Positions 61,001 to 64,000 of a stretch of 64,000 bases of DNA are shown piece by piece. The position numbers were made by a program, and so were the translations under genes. The stretch is from Promethearchaeota archaeon (lineage in GTDB: Archaea > Asgardarchaeota > Lokiarchaeia > Sigyniarchaeales > SOKP01), in NCBI GenBank assembly GCA_016926735.1, contig JAFGOA010000014.1, positions 1 through 64,000 of the forward strand. The letters run 5' to 3'. The notes under the pieces were generated by a model, which was not told the DNA's origin, ran no database searches, and saw nothing but the letters and a program-made list of their open reading frames with translations. Within the stretch, counting starts at the first letter, position 1, and every line of letters begins with the position of its first letter.

Positions 61001-64000
61001 AGACATATTTAGAAAATCCGAGAGATAGTTTTGATAATCATTTAAGCATAGATTTTAGTTTTATAAGTACTTCTGGAAATATTATATTTACCCAAAGTGC
61101 CAATGTAATTACAAGTGATATAACTTCATTTATTCCTATATCTTACACTACTAATTTAGATATATGTGACGATAATAATCATCTTCTTAACTATAATTCT
61201 GAATTATATGATCATTTTGAATTGTACACTGATCAAAGCTCTATTATTTATGAAGCAGATGTAGATCTCAATGGTGAACCTGAATACAAGCATATAATAG
61301 ATATTGATAAAGATGGTATAATAGATGTTATAAAATATGGAATACAAGATGCTGAAAATGCAGGACAGATACTTTGGCATACTGTAATTCAAAATTATAA
61401 TGGATTTGAGACGAAAATCACCAGAGAAAAAGGAGATGATCTAGAGACTAAATGGTTTGATGTAGATGACAAAGCATTTTCTCATTATGATTTTAATATA
61501 TGGAAACTAGTTGGGATGGTTTTATTTATGCCTCTATTACTCCAAGGATTGTTTAGTATGATCTCTCCTTCAAGTGATTATTGGGCTCAGAAAAAAGAGC
61601 AAACGATGATTACAAAGGAAGAGGCTGTAAATCATAAATTTTATAGTATAACCTTAGATAAAGATTATGATGGTTTAGCCGATCAGCAGATTGTATATGA
61701 AAGAAATGAAGCAATACTATCCTATAAAGTCGAGACGTTTGAGAAAACCTTACTTGTAGCAAAAAACAAAGGCAATGGTCTTATCCATCAACCATTAGAG
61801 AATATTTCTATTAATAAATATAATGATTTAGTATTTAATGATGAGCTAACCGAAGATTTACTTGATTCTGGTGATTTTACAAATTCTAATCATTATATTT
61901 TAGCAAATGAAGATATTCTTAGAGCTTCTTATAGGAAATTTACAGAAAATAGTTCTACATTTTATCAAGATAGTTATTCACAGGAAAAGATCACAATTAC
62001 AGATTACAGAGACGGTGAGATTTCCGAGCAGAGAATTTATCTTGATGATTTTAGAAGTAATGAAATTGATGAAATTGAACCTTATTTTACTTCCTTTATT
62101 CAAAGTCAACAAATAACTAACATCGAGACTGGAGAGCAGACAACGATAAGCTTTGATCCTCAACTTCCATTCACAGATCCTATAGATATCTCTTGGGAAG
62201 GTGAGACATGGGGGATTGATAATGTTCCTATTAAATTGGATTCTCTTCAGGTATTAGGAGAGAATTCCTACTCTTCAAATAGATTTGAAAAAGATATTTA
62301 TCTTACGATACCAAATCGATTTTCTTTATATAATGATTATGGTAAAATATCTAAGGATAGTGTTGTAAATAATGGCTATGCTCAATTTAAAGCTAGTGGT
62401 GTATTAATAACTACAACTGATGATAAAGTCTATTATACAGGAGATATTGATTCCTTCATTGATGGAAGTGCTAAGACCGAAGGCAAGTATTTTTATCATG
62501 ATAGTAATCAAGATGGATTTTATGAAACAGTCTATATCTTAAGTGCTAATCCAACAGAAGCAGAAGATGGACTTCCTATATATGATGTTATTTCAATTGC
62601 GTTTAATTATGATGGAGTCCATGATGTAGCTCCATACGGACAGATATATAAAAGTGAAATTACAAAGACAGATCTTAATGATTTAAGCTCAGATAAATTA
62701 AAAATGGGAGACTGGATTTATAGCTATGGTAATATTAGATCTGAAAAATTGTTATTCCCAGAAGAAAATGAGATTTGGGAGAAATATAAACCGAAGGATC
62801 ATATTTTTGAACTATATAAACTTGTAGATATTTCACAAAATCCAAAATTCTCAGAGCTTTTCTATGAAATTCGACATAAGACATATTCAGATGCATGGGA
62901 AATTTATAAAGACCAATTGTCAGCAGATATAATAGAACAGGTATTTACAACCACAACAGCTTCTGTTATTGCTGGAATTGTAGAAGCAATAATGACCGCA
63001 AGTATTATTTTAGCCCCTTTTGCACATGGGGCTGGAATCCTCACCTATTTTGGTGTATATACATTAATGACAAAGTATTTTATCGATCTAAAAGTTCATC
63101 GGTCAAATTCAATTTTGAAATCTCAGACGTTCTATCCCACAGATAAAGACAAGAAGACTCCTACATCTCTAAATGAGAGGATGTGGATGGATCGAATTCT
63201 AAAAGATTCTATGGCATCTGCTCTGATAGGTCATCCTGGGGGGTATTATAGAACTCTATCAGGGGGTATCTCAGGAGAAAAATATACAGCAGAGATTTTA
63301 GTTTCACCGCCAAATGGCGATAGGATCTTTAACTCTATGTCAGGATTTCTTGATTTGTTATGGGAGAATTTTTGGGATATGGGAGAATCTAATCCAGATG
63401 TCTATACTGCTCTTGATTTTGATGATCTTAATTTAGATTATTTCTTGCTAACAAACGATTTATTTGCTCTTAATGGAAGGACTGATAAAAAAGAATATTC
63501 ATTTAGCCTTCAAAATTATAATAATGGAATCTATAATGAATATCGGCAGACTACGCTTGGAGCTCTTCAAAATATGGTATCTATTGAATCTCAGAATGGT
63601 TTAAACACGATAAGAGCAACTTGTGTTAATGGAAGACCTGAATATGAGTTTATAAATAAAGATTCCATTCAATTTAATTCTATTTTACCGTTATCTGCAT
63701 TATCTAAGCCAATAATTCTAAGTAAGGAACGCTACTTACAAATTAATCCATTAAAAGGACATTTAACAATTGATGTTCAATGTGTAGGTGATCCGAATAC
63801 ATTAGGAATTTGTGCTTATGATATGAATTCAATAGAAAATCAATTCTATAAATCTAAAATATGCATTAATGAAGAGAGTTTCGATTATCCAATTTCAACC
63901 ATCTATATTGATATTATTCAGGAAGATGTGGAAAATGGAGTTCAATATCTTGCTCAAGGAATTGATATTAATAGCTCTGAATTTCTATTAGATGATGGAA
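34024..64000 (+). CDS. giant (at least 9,992 aa, 3'-partial) membrane-anchored surface protein with Ig-like, LamG, dockerin and Ca-binding motifs
   Basis: ATG at 34024 after an in-frame TAG. Frame +1 was open at every position translated by hand (MEKYSDKSIV... to ...SSEFLLDDG at the window edge). Its absence from the ORF track, with no long + strand ORF listed, fits an ORF with no stop in the window. Confidence 0.92.
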   Translation, partial: MEKYSDKSIVYNRVSYLFEKEDKKNLEDLSIDLRFKNSHLSIYMNELKDSEIDLRPFTNKRQIKNNPITISLDINPHKIKELHSIKVELFDLYDIISGYSITIPATEFAPFKKSIEINIPSIQQYLDKIKLIPIFKNPNPKYKLYYDGYYGSSQSKKQKQKQKQDQTSDISSDSSNVYTWSSIFLLLILSVILLFINTPYYPIPILSMILPIILFSKRDNHRKYFITAVLILLFLVCFPVIFTITPLTNVNSQKPHFAKVSYSSGQNTDDLNFDTLQYYNELEDLGKITINDIIILKSETSLSLAQSSQQIVILIAQNNTIINPKYYEKSFNFRSNYIQGPKKKTDILTIIDLKDYDLLPGEYRLTTFLSVNNFYGVQRSELLTYNISLGRDVLHIVGSDRYKELGKYGSVYTIDNQDSFTTFYEGRILNSAGIGVQLDNMELYLEKNNRYQKIATISTNNQGYFIYNYTTKGYFEVNSLAKIEFGGNELYNSLTQEEYAGLEQSIRGKRIFSDLNGDGYPEFPYTLEELINALNNANPIEILSFFTEFNEMSGAYVYDSILNYQGEVFGNVNLNIEGIRDSGARFDGLGDKIYTNSEFKMGDVNHDGKIDILDALITAQNYVGLNPEPFYPEQADVNGDNNIDILDSLQIAQYYVGLITEFPNSDPSEITYDNYDYINFGDILSSDLAYNDEFGLSLWINPSKFSSNLSEHGVKNCFFSKGENLEIGFNESGYLMVYLNTNNIETITYFGQENSIQKNLWNYIAIRFEMGDVDALIQDSWYLTDIYDSEPWINYVSLDLSGDLIIGAEINTFSCFGGIIDELKIYREAPLHSELEETIYSILRIDSATAYNFQDNNWQDITNGEIIDEYILFECNKSRDSLAIIEKVEFYLSNTPLDYNNIIIDQWKLIKEFHYDANNYKYMLDIRDIPDGDWYFIIKAIDNRNNEIFKTCEVLENDIYFTISNFQDNINFIYLGYNDKINYNSQIGLTIDPLFENYVESLDLFINFSGSVEKINLNPISFDKIIQNNYLISLNDISDWIEQMSLLPNEYDVSFIVKGYFDFNQFGEYEYTYNLSSTILDIKSPVISIIESGYSLEFGKTYTATDNNQITFGITSLEDDFKKVEIYYRYDKTSQQDEWIFYKTIIPQQIPFDISFNIANLKDDKIYLRFKIIDNLGNSRDLINENNWIEKDQNNHDFIVNGLDENAIYSLDSGNMIDIAPVIHPYDNDITKVIITTEYESFSLNNVYIDHNSIYFSDINEDIKLNAVFYTIFGNKITSIPIKVQLFQNNNLISSKIFSIIATGMYFSEIISISDVIINPEVNIPNNNINMRFTTSKKTYNNSYGIPYIVGSTSPNLQIYNDNNELVDIIDLNPNIDGYRSASYSNINIRNNYFEISYPTNLLYEEDICSIDKLIIGGIEYDFSQYFNNENIIIKLESQTILDGFYDNANPIKIIYSYVSSNKLNQYDGSYDFKTIPQGNYTFIGEFLDLSGKRSYYKIDNYKIDFQEPQIYRQFRNGISINPKSHPSLSFIILDASEIINYSFNQSLEGYWIKEGSLYTFYIDENINLPDGYYNIELSFEDANNFLSSIVFSIFIDTQAPKPKIIKNDYEYFKGLYHVYLEIEDDSICELYLDKVVDSQGIIFDKIIQSVIKKNDTAWDLVFDTSQLPDGVYNLTFIVIDQAGNMLNFNINDRVFDNTSPQVESIYRECEIENLLYFSEELSDTNYLSEQEYIFIKSVDKIFGKTNIVELYYTDPLEEHNLTIAEDLNLETLLYKVIGYSNPIIYDVGDIYNIQKITIGGIEVNDFSIIQKEGELFLKIGEEYRYLLTSSNANKITAQLYTINSNKLELVYNNLDQIWQLKSPNSDYFNISSHILISEGQTFLFWFELQDNLTNTFITKKYKGILDNELELTEEKSLFEWNFRTNPDNQGIMILGSPDPMYSIININHTLIEHDVFKVYIYGSENNIDFSLLGRAYFNGDNIWTLYWDYTHNSIIHTLPKDYYIQVVVLDRAYNSISQIESIKILDYQKLELVAEMTFGDILEYNPSIPHSIEEFSTKIKEFFGTADLWTIISEYYDTEYEEWIPLATETTQINIQGEYADYSITWDISEDIKFLDSMGSLNYEYLPMQITDIKATEIWGSWGVFNSFNQWQPLLLKNNSDYLDINIYSFDKSLGWILNTSLSTEIQIPYVDNSTFKLFDIDNDGIWEIIRFTKTSLDIIYLNNSVWNIKENVLDNQNNVYLTFDIIYDKICQSSTLLLVQQEGSFYTLYKYNLNSSFSIISQSTTQIIGNFIPTSINIVENFVFTDRKEIIVGGFYSHNFSSNLYIYNNENLEFKNCIFENILGVIDIIEYMMINGIPTIILGINQISIGNKDLVISLQYNYQLDDWIKYELSEIDEISFKIFDLMSINNNIIISANSGIFKAKIENNIDNKIVYNPSLIATETFTKSDLAPEFNPIIEVNHSPISEITKVLYKINDTWNILEKEKYYYSPFEVKLLLSDIWEFLGEIKIIYKYDSKSDEQKQKLDTTFEILHGSSNKEQISASSTFINEYPQPLLYLNPTTDYSSDNADWIELRHEWNERGINYRYTPIQSEYNVANFAQVYTPFSKNTILSIDENFQIDLSSNDDIGEIIAVKGIYYGGENQAYHYPIFDYELLGNDILSLKKCNTRSLYKKISIDYIPQIELVQLPQFNEFWFLPNTSRSLEEPYYVCNVMDDVNVYKDFIHQKGDNDYIIGYNEYGMYINFTNEINPIGIPKGSVYYAKNNTNYSTKISMKDYAIYPYEIIDKKDELIGGKLIITLKAGLNDILYAELSQMIHDSFDITISLYLLDSNKQRTFIHSIKKTLGSNIGFLLRNIEISLNENTLSNGELELLKQSVAIDSENDLLVSFETSLDNLKVNAEIIKGHYAQEIIDISFEPKILSSAQIYNGIPINQTYVNVPQDNIQLELINRSLYQFNSESLNYDYEITIQSLKAENLKIDENDYEFNEDEKTIRLQNEWTGYSGLITANITYKAFNWDRNKISTEPIIFNFNGNFINKTTQFLELEVSFDNKGVPGFESYAFDSEGRLSLNAESKDPNLIKSYFYNFRLKKWEKTEFIVYTKISGKEGNSLPIYSYVFDRTAITFEDYFNQVNENNFELQVIFIVECEIEAFYLSRISYNIQSINPKVYYSPPQNEVENTLEVQFDVDLTNYFNNPDIYINQIKITLDYLASLNLDNSEDFIQNALVQETHGVYVLNKYLEYQETNLEQNHLFLSKDDLKDIIIYNSEANLYYLRIKVSYSYSLLLYMNLGDILGEIRSSLQLLKYDLSLSFTHFKMERISAFNNNIPFELQEIIIPDYIQSGSQIFTQNNYLNNCIGIFNGFLKKSKTKQRLMLRQNLYYRVKDFGIDHQILLDQRYNDFQFQITKPVGALLSPSEIYISNEELFRVITSSDISKAELYVINDQEQDEYIGELTPSESEENIYEYNWQSIQQDTNSQTGDNIKIKIILTDLLQNTNSYGYSLLAKYELDKPEILICNGTENYEYTLTNPFTEIRFKNSENKLLAYWNFEEGWGNMVYDALEGTDGTLINMENVNWATGIIGNYSLYFDGINDYIRTNVNPNINFRTSDFSISLWVNPENVQSSTLFSSMGDVNISLQLINNQPYFEIIDNDGDFLSRSIDIQLEINQWYHLIFTWNGEEITAYIDRAINQTAQLGDGNLIGDLSTNAPIYIGGNENPINQYQGLMDEIMLFDFELNTDEIDYLFYRNEFQEVISESKWWEIENDNIEGGVITGENWQEGKVGEQSFQFNSHSNSPEINDFNIFDGQSTQTGNLESTKDNKGIDLTSTETSFNYDFSDNRRIWEYDQILWDEDFTVFDSSYMNYISNPNYGSLFEITNNLNMFNRFPTASTNINWNDWTDFNYNNYYTTSNWDQNGALSSELRQFNYDSAQGNDLIFTQNKGMWDNQCGLEDVGGDKATFSSTDLDLQDVERFSQDFENGDFTNISYPDFYNKNFAYDTNRIYLENQYPEIHSQEDWIDWSLDSNSQFSTSSWNPSTQKLNSDLRLRPSLSNPIYASSTNINKATDAFVHWDFAHQPGTGWWQNGFLFYNQIAKGLHPKANYDALAVYPDQPNLEEPKHGYTRKFEYSLEFEGDLYDDHVKTGMSIKDFAIGPFSICSWVYSNVPYNDHRWNTIIGEDSGGDFNLAQIDREGDGTFRVHIDGIIESTEIPCPRLPGWHLISLVFDGNNIKLYTNNVLRGTLPTSFSPENLSKGKIRIGGRSVLGESWDGYIDEVMIFRHALSDYDINWLYTYPTWESIIYQDKSKINEKDGIGLILEKTLDVQKLIPNGSRVFEYQGESGHTYDTQADNWWEDVDALYNQYGTWAGSSGPATVWTNEYVTAQIESGNINQYWERTDILLDISALLTPADEVGYFAIYDYSDSTYKQIFRITSNDGYDIYWDKFNRIQINSHDNSVIDPINSNGDMEFYFHNKAWDFWSLDSTVRVLMNQFLIFNYVRQIESEINFNFGDALDGENDYFLSFAGKCDAGTASLQVNDNNVLNIGSGSWTEETDIYLENPTSISINLDSYETNNIEIDYIFLKKAVPTDDYFAELKKETDFKGFLNRYDDYDIYDKNFEMNVEFEYRFNVNDELWSEASIAEFYLYDNYYNIFINDNQWHTLNDHIIFNSDSQPYLNMTFIIANGLLELRNMKYHVRFLCKESFQENCILQQSYIISEQVSDYLPPDTYATYRQDYGYFFIEIDYDFKTLDDGNNYRLYNTSNIYKFGIGIDILSDGVWLDTQWKHLSNNNYTGMLSFDVRSFLNNNSYLTFEAFNITIALAGLSSCEINRISLIERADEVHQKSEVDYYMTLSLFEHNYNNIYDTLEHLNITFNAYSNVTFSDGYSDAFKFDLLVYNVRHSQWESIVDVVKLLPKDGFWEAIDAEEYINSTGHISFQIKAHILYYFEYEIYLDQFRIECEWIRNGGFNYSTLSCEFTDTFLNIFDNEEGFDKLYNISINFDYNFSILNTQYDAYAKVIIDGNEIMLSSTEELNKQFMYSFIFDSTNHNSFDIIFNISNGRLSIPLLTDGGDFNFDINMRFECIQETSGNRKLQQIFDISLPDQLNNFKEFIRENGYLNVSLDYDLIILEDGIQFYNLYGRINNLEIIFWVKADGVWHNDTVIQADSNITNDLINYDIRAFLNANNLQKFEDLNITIVSSGQNNLTIHDIKFFDHRHRLPANIVTTIEFPVELLYVDYEFELIYEYDISNGLDGVFTKEEISIYNFITTQYEILTSTDDFTPLSFKLDNNYIDPIYNAIRINISYEYYGNEQEQFNLDLDVLQAVQYNHITFDIPTVFENPMGDVSFAGWVKLDSLSELSTLYGEFKENGDVMNYFGITGNGELFFDKIGLYDNNNVTSVPNIINLGEWTHIAIIQQGDYISFYKNGLKMGDTQIYMKTYSNFIPEIISIGSGYQLNSYFHNRFHGCIDDIRLYNFPLTSTEINFLYNMGNGQFGSLSRRVAQPRNFIPSEQYRIIDLKTGDESEWIDFHSQSIRNLHDLGSLPNEFQIEYMLIDYAGNTAITDVYNRNYKTIHHSRNSSITWIDETLDLNSGNPDERELIFEGSFGGANLDVLINGFRYGTASYNPILDQYSITFGIENDKSTLVAYSDPIMSPSIYSNVNPLNRISWNVNREDLFGVIKHILVDQDVKITNPLTTKATQKLYLAHLYDRGVILDDYMRIRDVYYINSTTNVSEHLLYGEYLINDLGVVSFPEYSKVYDLYNKIDEIKGKVLYFEYDTSQFSNMLHQDNADGFYIELSIPDLYYRHTTIEQLNIKFNDALGKCFAKTYYDLDLRKYFIGPDKDNYEEVIFGFGKMRTIPLYIDLQEISFSNPYAKFDLSMLESISIEIIDNKQFPSSLMQYEEGISLLNLPYQKIAIKTIKLYNSISDDLIEDDQGFIHSQIRLQAPNYFNVFVDDDFKIKREEINLTDISIYANQEKIVDFVDIEYSDNIEVYLRYNKSLSPIPLEDIYYIPLSLCNASSNEILRFSTIRWISSVDYLPASEFASKYYYTSFKVPDCLGTHNISFISSGTSLYKINIDNAPIIALNVTQEGLSESEPLYLEEDQYEVKYREDFMLKGCILDNDDVIVKDEVYDYWYQTAYDGETTHKLDIISPYGDKNFIDTTQVAVYYINEDSEKAPLYINMDNIYYLDNTIINSDKVPEIRYSNNQFNLNIYWNTSSINFIDYDTTLLVSYKIIKGQPISPLSYSKIDDLGHNMYSNLIEIPFVEYDLINKEWITKKSITDRFSIDKNLLYYETYQKNTNIEGPSYLVNGERINLDILSFEHAYVNKSNTLIPIELLPENYTYSIIDGTLHFEYLDFKQGDIVTIGYYAYHPIMLDYSLEEQNLEYIRLISQSNYSNYYEFTQSKYKISEDGFTLFLQSLGDIDFETSEFDIYDLIEVKYHASLTRRVDLSSSILLLVQDETGNYLPVDTIPIDSLGLFEYQKTFSIDSLPLPMNYGKTLVNMRIDYLPINIYDKTKESIQQIDYEFEGKKRYSIKESNDWNKEFRIYTIPRKVKLEMIEDPTQQMVVSQTFKENREYQLNQNPLETIEQGEEYSSLQIDALVKQDYDFTFKLTDFSENNPIENSIVWAHIGLIPKSETQFLNPKAITDSGLPIYYESLGTELFSSRGPGEGPNKMYGCPLIYDNDNTFFSYGPYYWDYRITNELGEVSFNISLDQDYLEDFKQNFGDSEDITSIEDVVLYIRVFSSYFNWQDMSIDHPEHYICSKQGDIFDGQSILENYDFTDLSLQDSTYAEGIIRLHKKDIALGIVDRLSYQLRENIPEYDDFSFNIYCTEAEPIPSSSSLSLSSLLQVYESKDLEATMTSILNENHSYILKAKFIDPQGNAVRNPYITEEKSYDFFFSIKNGFNSGKITIPNDTIAYIINALGLGMSTIQIQVLESAYYKFSPIITVPFDIQSENYLRFGEKNLKLDLIEPYISAWGNAYSNNEEMPFESNYPYLIGTLWVEPEIDGGNDLSIQDYIEMNIDCTIYNDDGTTSTFPLREGVMIRPGNHDGIMTFSIGLGPEDAFLMGLECDINLRFNIDYTKDQIYQDQRDIEIYLLDLRLESNPTSNNPTIYWSIYNDKFSSENIDIDITNGISEASGLLTLRDQEIFFIYSNDTKRYGLPSENELLSLKSQENIIPITVKGVKDGSEYEFRRDIDYIIPYIHSENLENASIIEFIEYPDEETEFSITYMFDFNYDSNYYGLISLGYSNTLNQSSINLKIPKSLLPESSKAKSPMFTRFTDRFIGTGIQSEFILDYSLDDTPIWNDDNFIIYNSREIESQNGNFNVDLYQGYPRLIFENAPPSDLEFKVMYGIKSGYNLGYGFQKIDKSYSDSIRLLYYGETPSSQIIDEMRKPLTSYNPNNNSLYIALDNSEKTRLELLSLPLLYAPEISLYFVFDEIILDLIEKYNELDKNNLKIEFKYTTNDGFYEFYSDPIFIDLDYNELYFDIENNAYTFSYQKDLQPIYDMVGTNNLDIEIKISELGDNVHIPYLILDSFEYLTDERIIETYNNIPLDNKGDMDIDSIINTNHYYQIFSTDLITEYNLLSNSEVTVGLKDLQDTELVSLQKTENEEFNFLYYGDERTISLDDSSYIPNLGMFINTYESNEIGYQDGFLDLYYGSGTEIDGEKYYDKDIYMEYGTYAVADYYSRVVDYTSISWEDCYEFTDKFLTTDNIDVSGEVFYHQLFSLNSDINNSAVMNSIFPEYDNIYFGIELARDLDISRIGAVGKPYYYAIGAQGFPIGEYRELYCNVIANGDQIYNPTPSQFVIEKESEYRLAYDENNTAYLLFFIPLYELSTFTDINDYIMVDFWANAEFTYGKDYYIHENPENSYISELEFDFSYSSVYSYNVHPDFKNNNHFNIKYYALEWENANEHYIMDSSDSFTFQEKEKYNISILYSNAKNSDKFSVQYLVPEGQYMKGSELFTTIYTLMQNSNNEEKLIQINIGDNNNLILQEAPNSYNYTINIDEIESYVNLIYGIPYRIIEDSYVYVLAEFNSTMLKYSMSHTPFNYKYVDPSKGDYHIELIIDGESIAFSNQILFHEYIKEIKENYIYFNNKERGQIGYISPQSEITLKYKFKLQPGILERKHFLILSYPYSNIFNTEMGLTTSSDTKYRETYRKLSGGSIISPFDYSISIDDTYSLYLSYRLNQRDYYEQKFTIQAQNYVSWENGYIYKFIPDDLRENGYIEVLKTDDNINSVNVYYFDNFGHMKFLDKTHYNLDFSTGRILIENDGNELVGPSLLKKEFYVSFLSNPNDKELASYQFSYDSTKDIVETLDVNYWDIIGIDDIDIIPNLDAYYYINEQKSTLTNTVCLASQISTYLKDGTELEFDISAELEQSNSELLSAIHEGKYSVLHVDAHIDNLESVKKLIIELYDNFGSVIHTHSIVKEEIEMYDNDLRIELPDGPNSLQTIRIIPIFRDDNEYSSNNDIGISQIQATKWDNALVSINEDGIEYMDVTLQYDLKTDLSTSGYELAYIFNDKLEYLELPENISIAYDTLTDENGNILSYHLKIPSVYIHPKTKETTKFHHDDIIVIRYNSPIKRGITLTVGKMYFENNIHQDLEKAEIMFVNADSQNSYSQFTEDYYYSVPLQVTPFETEYSGRFKAIKIELNFSDLFKQQNANTLDFSDIVVSVPHPNYELTINEIVLLKDSQITAESGDVDSRVWQYCEIEMFEASETPENDVYQLQLDELPLFYPNTEWIEYLSIYDENGNYYTAGLTGDQYQLHYDGTSNEFRWNPSFNQYPSYFGMEFEETLIIEPNTTLYFQYCTNDSWNTPIRIEQENIALNSIRVVYDYNYLLKPEYYEWYRDYFNPTHSYENIAYSFQDSVEYEVVQYYHESFTIYEGVNQYEYQFDTDDYNFQDDFIDCNLYQVIGLTPTFESEVLTDNPDYLIEFYPSNNSVLILNINNENLNKFDLITIVLNYKYGPISSYTEIHLLDVFNQTYLENPRDSFDNHLSIDFSFISTSGNIIFTQSANVITSDITSFIPISYTTNLDICDDNNHLLNYNSELYDHFELYTDQSSIIYEADVDLNGEPEYKHIIDIDKDGIIDVIKYGIQDAENAGQILWHTVIQNYNGFETKITREKGDDLETKWFDVDDKAFSHYDFNIWKLVGMVLFMPLLLQGLFSMISPSSDYWAQKKEQTMITKEEAVNHKFYSITLDKDYDGLADQQIVYERNEAILSYKVETFEKTLLVAKNKGNGLIHQPLENISINKYNDLVFNDELTEDLLDSGDFTNSNHYILANEDILRASYRKFTENSSTFYQDSYSQEKITITDYRDGEISEQRIYLDDFRSNEIDEIEPYFTSFIQSQQITNIETGEQTTISFDPQLPFTDPIDISWEGETWGIDNVPIKLDSLQVLGENSYSSNRFEKDIYLTIPNRFSLYNDYGKISKDSVVNNGYAQFKASGVLITTTDDKVYYTGDIDSFIDGSAKTEGKYFYHDSNQDGFYETVYILSANPTEAEDGLPIYDVISIAFNYDGVHDVAPYGQIYKSEITKTDLNDLSSDKLKMGDWIYSYGNIRSEKLLFPEENEIWEKYKPKDHIFELYKLVDISQNPKFSELFYEIRHKTYSDAWEIYKDQLSADIIEQVFTTTTASVIAGIVEAIMTASIILAPFAHGAGILTYFGVYTLMTKYFIDLKVHRSNSILKSQTFYPTDKDKKTPTSLNERMWMDRILKDSMASALIGHPGGYYRTLSGGISGEKYTAEILVSPPNGDRIFNSMSGFLDLLWENFWDMGESNPDVYTALDFDDLNLDYFLLTNDLFALNGRTDKKEYSFSLQNYNNGIYNEYRQTTLGALQNMVSIESQNGLNTIRATCVNGRPEYEFINKDSIQFNSILPLSALSKPIILSKERYLQINPLKGHLTIDVQCVGDPNTLGICAYDMNSIENQFYKSKICINEESFDYPISTIYIDIIQEDVENGVQYLAQGIDINSSEFLLDDG
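34561..34755 (+). other. three N-proximal transmembrane segments of the giant protein
   Basis: WSSIFLLLILSVILLFI / PIPILSMILPIILF / YFITAVLILLFLVCFPVIF. Confidence 0.75.
35641..36540 (+). other. LamG/concanavalin A-like domain 1 (interrupted by a dockerin)
   Basis: EFNEMSG..VYDS...ARFDG [insert] YINFG...FGLSLWINP...WNYIAIRF...LIIGA...FGGIIDELKIY. Confidence 0.75.
35827..36012 (+). other. type I dockerin domain
   Basis: GDVNHDGKIDILDALITAQNYVGL...ADVNGDNNIDILDSLQIAQYYVGLITEFP (duplicated Ca-binding F-hand motif). Confidence 0.9.
44656..45270 (+). other. LamG domain 2 (intact)
   Basis: LLAYWNFEEGWG..VYD...SLYFDGINDYI...FSISLWVNP...WYHLIFTWNG...YQGLMDEIMLF. Confidence 0.85.
46230..46900 (+). 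other. LamG domain (nested inside the large insertion)
   Basis: VHWDF...SLEFEG...FSICSWV...WHLISLVFDG..IKLY...IRIGGR...WDGYIDEVMIFRHALS. Confidence 0.8.
47800..50000 (+). repeat. two diverged tandem protein repeats of about 380 aa in the giant ORF
   Basis: IEIDYDFKTLDDG vs VSLDYDLIILEDG and RSFLNNNSYLTFEAFNITI vs RAFLNANNLQKFEDLNITI, about 1,140 nt apart. Confidence 0.75.
50000..50495 (+). other. C-terminal part of a split LamG domain
   Basis: YNHITF...VSFAGWVKL...GEWTHIAII...FYKNG...SIGS...FHGCIDDIRLYNFPLT..EI..LY. Confidence 0.75.

Noticed and set aside
35427-62163. Short ORFs listed in the track within 34-64 kb
   Set aside because: They are antisense or off-frame shadows of the giant frame +1 ORF.

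Overview
Very AT-rich archaeal DNA, most likely from an Asgard archaeon (Lokiarchaeia-like; inferred from the Rab-family GTPase, Get3-type ATPase, RPA32-like protein and archaeal information genes). Bases 1-29,000 are core chromosome: CoA biosynthesis genes, aRF1, aIF2-beta/NMD3/RIO1, NAC, PAN, MBF1, TFE, rpoH-rpoB, and two intron-containing tRNAs. Two results stand out. (1) rpoB is interrupted by a 32-nt insert (28503-28534) that folds into a strict bulge-helix-bulge (BHB) motif. Excising it by the standard tRNA-splicing-endonuclease rule restores a full-length 1123-aa RpoB in frame. This is a candidate mRNA intron in an essential gene, in a genome that also has BHB introns at non-canonical tRNA positions. 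(2) After an ABC transporter pair and a cluster of small DNA-binding-protein genes, one ORF missing from the supplied track starts at 34024 and stays open to the window end (at least 9,992 codons). It is a giant membrane-anchored surface protein with Ig-like, LamG, dockerin and Ca-binding motifs, apparently arranged as nested domain insertions.
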